Shown here: piece by piece, positions 58,863 through 64,000 of the stretch
Numbering within the stretch: position 1 is the first letter of the stretch
Layout of the letters: every line of letters starts with the position of its first letter
NCBI GenBank assembly: GCA_963666215.2
Contig: CAXWPL010000005.1
Span: 864,001-928,000 of the forward strand
DNA: 64,000 bases
Reading direction: 5' to 3'
Origin: Acidobacteriota bacterium
GTDB lineage: Bacteria; Acidobacteriota; UBA890; WLXD01
Program-made: the position numbers and the translations under genes
The notes under the pieces: generated by a model
Told to the model about the DNA's origin: nothing
The model's database searches: none
What the model saw: only the letters and a program-made list of their open reading frames with translations

Positions 58863-59567
58863 CTACGCCTTGCTCCGCGTCGCGACAGGATGAGTCAAGG
58901 CGTAACGCCCGTCGGTGTTGTCTGTTTCTTCCTCCCATCGGCTGTTGATCTCGTCGAACTCGACGAGCGCAATCGATAACTCGCTGGCGATCCAGCCGAG
59001 AGTCCAGTCGAAGCTCGCCAGGCCGCAGCGATCGGCGCGTGCCGCCAGCACGTCCCAGTAGCGTGACTCGCCGCGGCGCCGATCCGGATGCCGCAGGGCA
59101 GGCTCGTCCAGAAGGCCGGACTCGAGGATGCGCCGGACGCTCCCGCGGGTGATGCCAAGGCCACCGCCTTGGATCGAAACCTCGGGCATCCGACCCTGCA
59201 GCGTCCCGAAGATCGACTCTCCGGCAGGCAGGCGATGAAAACGTCGCTGCACCACGCTGTCGGGGTCGATCTTCACCAGATAGTCGGTCGGGCGTTCTTC
59301 GAACAGCACGAGCATGCGCTTCACGGCAGCGCCGCCATGCTCAACGGGCAGAAGGCGATCCTCGAGGTGGAGCTCCACACCGAAGCGGTCGGGGAAGGTC
59401 GACAGGAGGGGGTCGCGGTCGCCATCTGAGCGCACGATCACGCGGGCGTCCGGGTAGCAGGCTCGCAGCTCGCCCAAACAGCGCACCGCCTGCCGGGCGT
59501 CGCGGTGGACCGCCATGAACCAGCACAGATCTTGGTCCACGTAGGAGCGGGTCACGGTCGGACTCAC
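58863..59567 (-). CDS. Hypothetical protein, glycosyltransferase-like
   Basis: VRSDGD, YLVKIDPDS (DxD-like), IQGGGLGIT. Confidence 0.5.
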   Translation of the reverse strand: MSPTVTRSYVDQDLCWFMAVHRDARQAVRCLGELRACYPDARVIVRSDGDRDPLLSTFPDRFGVELHLEDRLLPVEHGGAAVKRMLVLFEERPTDYLVKIDPDSVVQRRFHRLPAGESIFGTLQGRMPEVSIQGGGLGITRGSVRRILESGLLDEPALRHPDRRRGESRYWDVLAARADRCGLASFDWTLGWIASELSIALVEFDEINSRWEEETDNTDGRYALTHPVATRSKA

Positions 59568-59724
59568 GGGCGAGAGGGAGGCATCGACGGCGAGCTGTGG
59601 CGTTACCGACGAGCACCTATCCTGCCAGTGTGCGCCTGGTGTCGCCTACTCTCGTGGCGCCCAAAAGGGCACGATCGCCGTCAAGAAGGGTGTGAACACC
59701 CCCCGTTAACGCTTTCCGCGCGGT

Positions 59725-60722
59725 TCAACTTCCTGCCGTTCGCCGACAACGAAGCTCAACAGGGCATCGAGATCGAAGACAAGCCGGCGCCCGACGGCAC
59801 CTACCGCATGGCTCATCTACGCGCCGTCGACGACGGGTTTTTCCGCACGCTCGGCATCCAGATGCTGGCCGGCAGGCCGCTCGAGCGCGCCGATATGCTG
59901 CCCGGCGTCCCACCGCCGGGCTCCACGGCCCCGGGCGCGGTGGGGGATAGCGCGGTCGCCGCGTCCTCACGGGGGCCGGTCGAGAGCGACCCGGTGAGCG
60001 TGGCCGTGGTCAATCAAACGCTGGCCGAGCGCTACTGGCCCAACGGCGACGCCATCGGCGCACGCTTCCGGGCCGGCGGCGACACGCTGTACCGCGTCGT
60101 CGGGATCGCCCCGGTCCTCAAGTGGCACGGCTTCGACGAGGAGCCGGTGGCCCGCTTCTACATCCCCTACACCGACGATCCGTCGCCACGCGCGGTTTCC
60201 TGCTGCACACCGAGGGCGACCCGCTAGCGCTCGCTCAGAGCGTGCGCCAAGCCGTCCAGCAGCTGGAACCCGACCAGTCCGTCTACGACATCCAGACGAT
60301 GTCGCAACGGCTGCACACGTCGGTGGCGGCCACCCGATTCTCGCTGATGACGCTGATGTCATTCGCGGCGCTCGCCCTGGCGCTCGCCGTGGTCGGAACG
60401 TACGCGGTTTTCTCCTGGCTCGTCAGCCGTCGTTCGGCCGAGATCGGCATCCGCATGGCACTCGGCGCCCGAGCCAGTCAGGTGCAGCGCCTGATGCTCG
60501 GGCAAACCGTTTTCCTTGCTGCGCTCGGCGCCGGGCTCGCCATCTTGGGGTCGCGCCTACTCGCGGGCGTGGTCCTCGAGCTACCTGTTCGAGGTAACTC
60601 CGGGCAACCCGCTCGTGCTCGCGTCGGTAACCGGCCTGCTCGTTGGCGCTGCAGTGCTGGCCACCTGGGCGCCGGCACGCCGCGCGGCGAGTATCGAGCC
60701 GGCCATCGCGCTACGCGACTGA
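59725..60722 (+). pseudogene. ADOP/MacB permease C-terminal remnant with two frameshifts
   Basis: GFFRTLGI..AGR, VVNQTLAERYWP, EIGIRMALGA, PARRAASIEP spread over three frames; N-terminal portion absent. Confidence 0.8.
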
Positions 60723-60827
60723 CGGCGGCCGAGTCGGGAGCGTGCTGGTTGGCGGTCGCAATCGAGCGCCGCCCGGCCCACGACACTTCCCCCACGGGCC
60801 GCTGACGTCGTCGCCAGCGGTCTCGGG

Positions 60828-61568
60828 CTACGACAGAAGCTTCTCGCGTTGTTCCATGCGTCGCAGCCCGAGGAAGGCGAACAGGCAACCAATCGCGAAG
60901 ATCCCCAGGCGATTGAGCAGCACGCGCTCGAGCCAGTAGGGGTTGTTGGTGCCGAGCGGCGGCCTGAACGGGTCGAGGAACAACCAGAAGCTCGTCTCCG
61001 CCAGGAGCTCCGCGCTCAGCAGCACCACGAACAACGACGCCGAGGCAAGCATCGCCGCGGTGTTGGCGCCGCGCACGTACACCGAGTACATGAAGGTCAG
61101 GTTGGCGACGAGGAAGGCGGGCAGGAAAGCGTTCAGCGCCACGCGTACGAAGGGGAACTCGGCGAAGAAGAAGTAGCCTACCGTACTGATCACCAGAAGG
61201 GTGGCGACAAGCACGGCGTAGAGCGCCAGCAGGCGCACCATCCAAATCGCGTAGTGCGCGCTCGCGGTGCCGAAGAGGGTTTCGAGAGTCTGATGGTCGC
61301 GCTCCCTGGCGAGCAGATCCATCGTCAGGTAAATCGCCAGCACGGTGCCAGGGATCTCGACCAGGATGATGCGCGCGTCACTGGCGTTGAATCCCTCGCT
61401 GGGATCGTAGACGACGATGGCGTAGAGAATCGCGTAGTAGATCAGCAGACCTATCGACATGAACAAGGGCTTGCGCCGGAAAGAGATACGGAAGCTCAGC
61501 CGCGCCAGACGCCAGGTGCTCCGCAGCACCTCGCCCCAGCTCAGCAGCCTGGCCTCTGTGGTGCTCAC
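60828..61568 (-). CDS. ABC-2-type permease-like membrane protein
   Basis: About six TM helices; ERDHQTLETLF loop; start overlaps the ATPase-fusion stop. Confidence 0.7.
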   Translation of the reverse strand: MSTTEARLLSWGEVLRSTWRLARLSFRISFRRKPLFMSIGLLIYYAILYAIVVYDPSEGFNASDARIILVEIPGTVLAIYLTMDLLARERDHQTLETLFGTASAHYAIWMVRLLALYAVLVATLLVISTVGYFFFAEFPFVRVALNAFLPAFLVANLTFMYSVYVRGANTAAMLASASLFVVLLSAELLAETSFWLFLDPFRPPLGTNNPYWLERVLLNRLGIFAIGCLFAFLGLRRMEQREKLLS

Positions 61569-64000
61569 GCCGGGCTCCGTTCGCTCTCGAGCAGGTAGAT
61601 GTAGGCGTCCTCGAGCGTCGGCTCGACGTGTTGCGCCTCGACACCCTCCACCTGCGTGGCGCGGGCACTCAGGAAGCGGGCGCGAATACCGTCGGGCGTC
61701 CGCAGCTGGGTGACTACCTTGGCGTTCGTATCGCCCGAGAGCGCGTCGAGACGCTCCTCATCGACGATCGCCTCCCAAACCACTCCAGCCGCCCTCTCTC
61801 TCATTTCTTCGGGGCTGCCGATGTAAAGGATCTTGCCGCGATCGAGCACCGCCAGGCGATTGCAGCTGCCGGCGACGTCCTCGACGATGTGTGTCGAGAA
61901 GATGACGATGCGCTCCTTGCTCAGACTCGCCAACAGGTTGCGAAAGCGGATGCGCTCGACCGGGTCGAGCCCCGCCGTGGGCTCGTCGACGACGACGACC
62001 TGCGGCGTGTGCAGCAAGGTCTGCGCGATCCCGACGCGCTGCCGCATGCCGCCCGAGAACGAGCCGATCACGTCCTCCTGGCGATCTGCCAGATGCACCT
62101 GCTCCAGACACCACTGCACGCGCTCGCGCCGCTCCTCGTCGCCGCGAAAGCCCTCGAGCAGGGCGCGGTACTCGAGGTACTCACACGCGGTCATGTGGTC
62201 GTAGAGGCCGAAGCGTTGCGGCAGGTAGCCGATGACACCGTGAAGACTGCCAAAATCGGCGACCCGCTTGCCGTTGAGCAGCACCGAACCATGCGTGGGT
62301 TCGAGCACCTGACAGACGATGCGCATGAGCGTTGTCTTGCCGGCGCCGTTGGGTCCCAGGAGGCCGAACATACCGCGGCCGATCTCGAGGCTGACTCCGG
62401 CGAGAGCGGCGAACGGGGGCCGCCGTACACCGATGATGGGCACCCGGCCGGCCGCCGCGTAGCTGCGTCGGCGTAACCAGCGTAGCGGCCGCGGCCCACC
62501 CTCGATCTTGTCCGGATTGACCTTGCCGCTACGCACCCTGGCGGCGAGCCAGCGAACAGCCCCCACCGCCAGCCAGATAACAGCGGTGGCGATGGTGACG
62601 GAAGTCAGTCCAACACGCGAGTGGATGTAGGCGAACACGACACCTGCGACAACGACGCGCCCCAGAGCCCGCAGACGCACCGCACCGGGCGGCACCAGCG
62701 CCCCAACAGCACCCGCCATGTTGAGCACCAGGCCCCAGGTCAGCAGGCTGAGAAGATAGACCCAGACAGGATCCTCGAGATAGCTGTGCAGGAACACGAC
62801 GAGCCCCAGGAACAACGACTTGAACACCAACCCCTGGCGAATCTCAGCCGCCGCGACGGGTTCCAGCCCCGCAGCGCGGCGCAGCTCCATGCCGCGCTCG
62901 AAGCGCCCCCATTCGCGGCGGAAGCGGCCCGGCGCGCCATAAAGCTTGGTCAGAGTACGTAGCCTTATGGAGAGGATGGGCTCGTTACGCAGATCTGCAG
63001 CAACGCGCATCCCACGCACGCGCAGCGTCAGCCAGACGAGCGTGAGACAGGCGAACCACAGTGGCAGCACGAGCAGCGAGGTCCAGAACACGCTCTCGTA
63101 GCGGGCATCGAAAACGTAGACCAGCGCCGCGGTAGCGAGCGTCGCCGTGCCGATCCCCAGCCAGCCGATACCACGCAGCCACTCTTTGACCTGGTCGATT
63201 CCCAAGTAGGCCACGGGGATGAAGATCAGCGTCGAGACAGTCGAAACGGCCAGCCCGCCGAGGATCGTGATGGCGAACGGCGGCCACACCTCGTAGTCGA
63301 CGCCCCTTTCGAGCGCCAGCGGCAAAACACCCAGAAGCGTCGTGGCCGAGGTCATCAGCACCGGTCGCACCCGCGAGCGCCCAGCAGCGACCACAGCGCG
63401 CTCACGCCCGAAGCCGCGCGTGCGCAATCTCGAAATCGCATCAATGAGGATGATGCCGTTGTTGACCGCGATCCCGATGAGCACGACGAGGCCGAGCATC
63501 GCCATCGGCGCCGCCTGTGAGGTGAGCCCCGTTCCCGAGAGGAGGAGCGCGAGAATGGCCCCGATCGCCGCGGGTGGCAGCGTGGCGAAGACGACGATCG
63601 GCGAAGAGAACGACTCGAACAGCGCCGCCAGAATCATGTACACGAGGATCGCCGCAACCCCCATCATCCAGTAGTAGACCGTATCTACCACGGCCTCGAT
63701 GACCTCGATCGTGTAGCCAGTCGGCAGTGCCAAGCCCTGGATAACGGATCGCGTCAACTGCCGGGCGGAGTCGAGTCGCGGCTGCGAGCCGGTAACCTCC
63801 TCGAGGAACGCGTAGCTGACAATCACCCGCCGTGCCTGGTTCGTGCGCAAGATCGAGCGACGCCCCTCGTCGATGCGCAGACGCGCCAGCTCCCCCATCG
63901 CCGTCGCGCTGCCAGCGGAGTTCAACACCGGCAGCTGCGACAGATCGGCGAGACGCAGACCTCTGTTGGCGGAGCTACCGGGGCCGCCAACCTCGCCGCC
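61565..64000 (-). CDS. AcrB-type RND domain fused to ABC ATPase (5' end outside window)
   Basis: LAALFES, GIAVNNGIILID, RVRPVLMT, then GPNGAGKTT, GYLPQ, FSGGMRQR, VVVVDEP, STH; frame open to the window edge. Confidence 0.88.
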   Translation of the reverse strand, partial: GGEVGGPGSSANRGLRLADLSQLPVLNSAGSATAMGELARLRIDEGRRSILRTNQARRVIVSYAFLEEVTGSQPRLDSARQLTRSVIQGLALPTGYTIEVIEAVVDTVYYWMMGVAAILVYMILAALFESFSSPIVVFATLPPAAIGAILALLLSGTGLTSQAAPMAMLGLVVLIGIAVNNGIILIDAISRLRTRGFGRERAVVAAGRSRVRPVLMTSATTLLGVLPLALERGVDYEVWPPFAITILGGLAVSTVSTLIFIPVAYLGIDQVKEWLRGIGWLGIGTATLATAALVYVFDARYESVFWTSLLVLPLWFACLTLVWLTLRVRGMRVAADLRNEPILSIRLRTLTKLYGAPGRFRREWGRFERGMELRRAAGLEPVAAAEIRQGLVFKSLFLGLVVFLHSYLEDPVWVYLLSLLTWGLVLNMAGAVGALVPPGAVRLRALGRVVVAGVVFAYIHSRVGLTSVTIATAVIWLAVGAVRWLAARVRSGKVNPDKIEGGPRPLRWLRRRSYAAAGRVPIIGVRRPPFAALAGVSLEIGRGMFGLLGPNGAGKTTLMRIVCQVLEPTHGSVLLNGKRVADFGSLHGVIGYLPQRFGLYDHMTACEYLEYRALLEGFRGDEERRERVQWCLEQVHLADRQEDVIGSFSGGMRQRVGIAQTLLHTPQVVVVDEPTAGLDPVERIRFRNLLASLSKERIVIFSTHIVEDVAGSCNRLAVLDRGKILYIGSPEEMRERAAGVVWEAIVDEERLDALSGDTNAKVVTQLRTPDGIRARFLSARATQVEGVEAQHVEPTLEDAYIYLLESERSPA

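Noticed and set aside
1-64000. CRISPR arrays, tRNA, rRNA, prophage or defence genes
   Set aside because: No regularly spaced repeats, RNA-gene signatures, or cas or phage motifs recognised by eye; small RNAs could have been missed.

Overview
GC-rich bacterial DNA, probably Acidobacteriota; this is an inference from two ADOP-type ABC permeases and an acidobacterial-type PadR gene. The core is a triterpenoid locus at 8.3-25.6 kb. A minus-strand operon runs shc, hpnH, hpnA (broken), hpnG-like, type 2 IDI, class I HMG-CoA reductase, mevalonate kinase, GHMP decarboxylase, isopentenyl phosphate kinase, squalene synthase. This is an archaeal/Chloroflexi-style mevalonate route lacking phosphomevalonate kinase, linked to hopanoid genes. 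Converging on it is an RND + periplasmic binding protein + TPR lipoprotein trio resembling the BstABC sterol transporter. A complete IS481 with a 6-bp target duplication sits in hpnA. The best novel candidate is a secreted FG-GAP/ASPIC-UnbV/TlpA protein (55835-58687) with an in-frame TGA followed by a SECIS-like hairpin, i.e. a putative selenoprotein. At the right edge an AcrB-type RND domain is fused to an ABC ATPase that has a membrane insert. The window also shows much gene decay (amber stops in shc and arginase, internally deleted or chimeric genes, frameshifts), which may be real erosion or assembly error. All calls come from reading motifs by eye; no searches were run.
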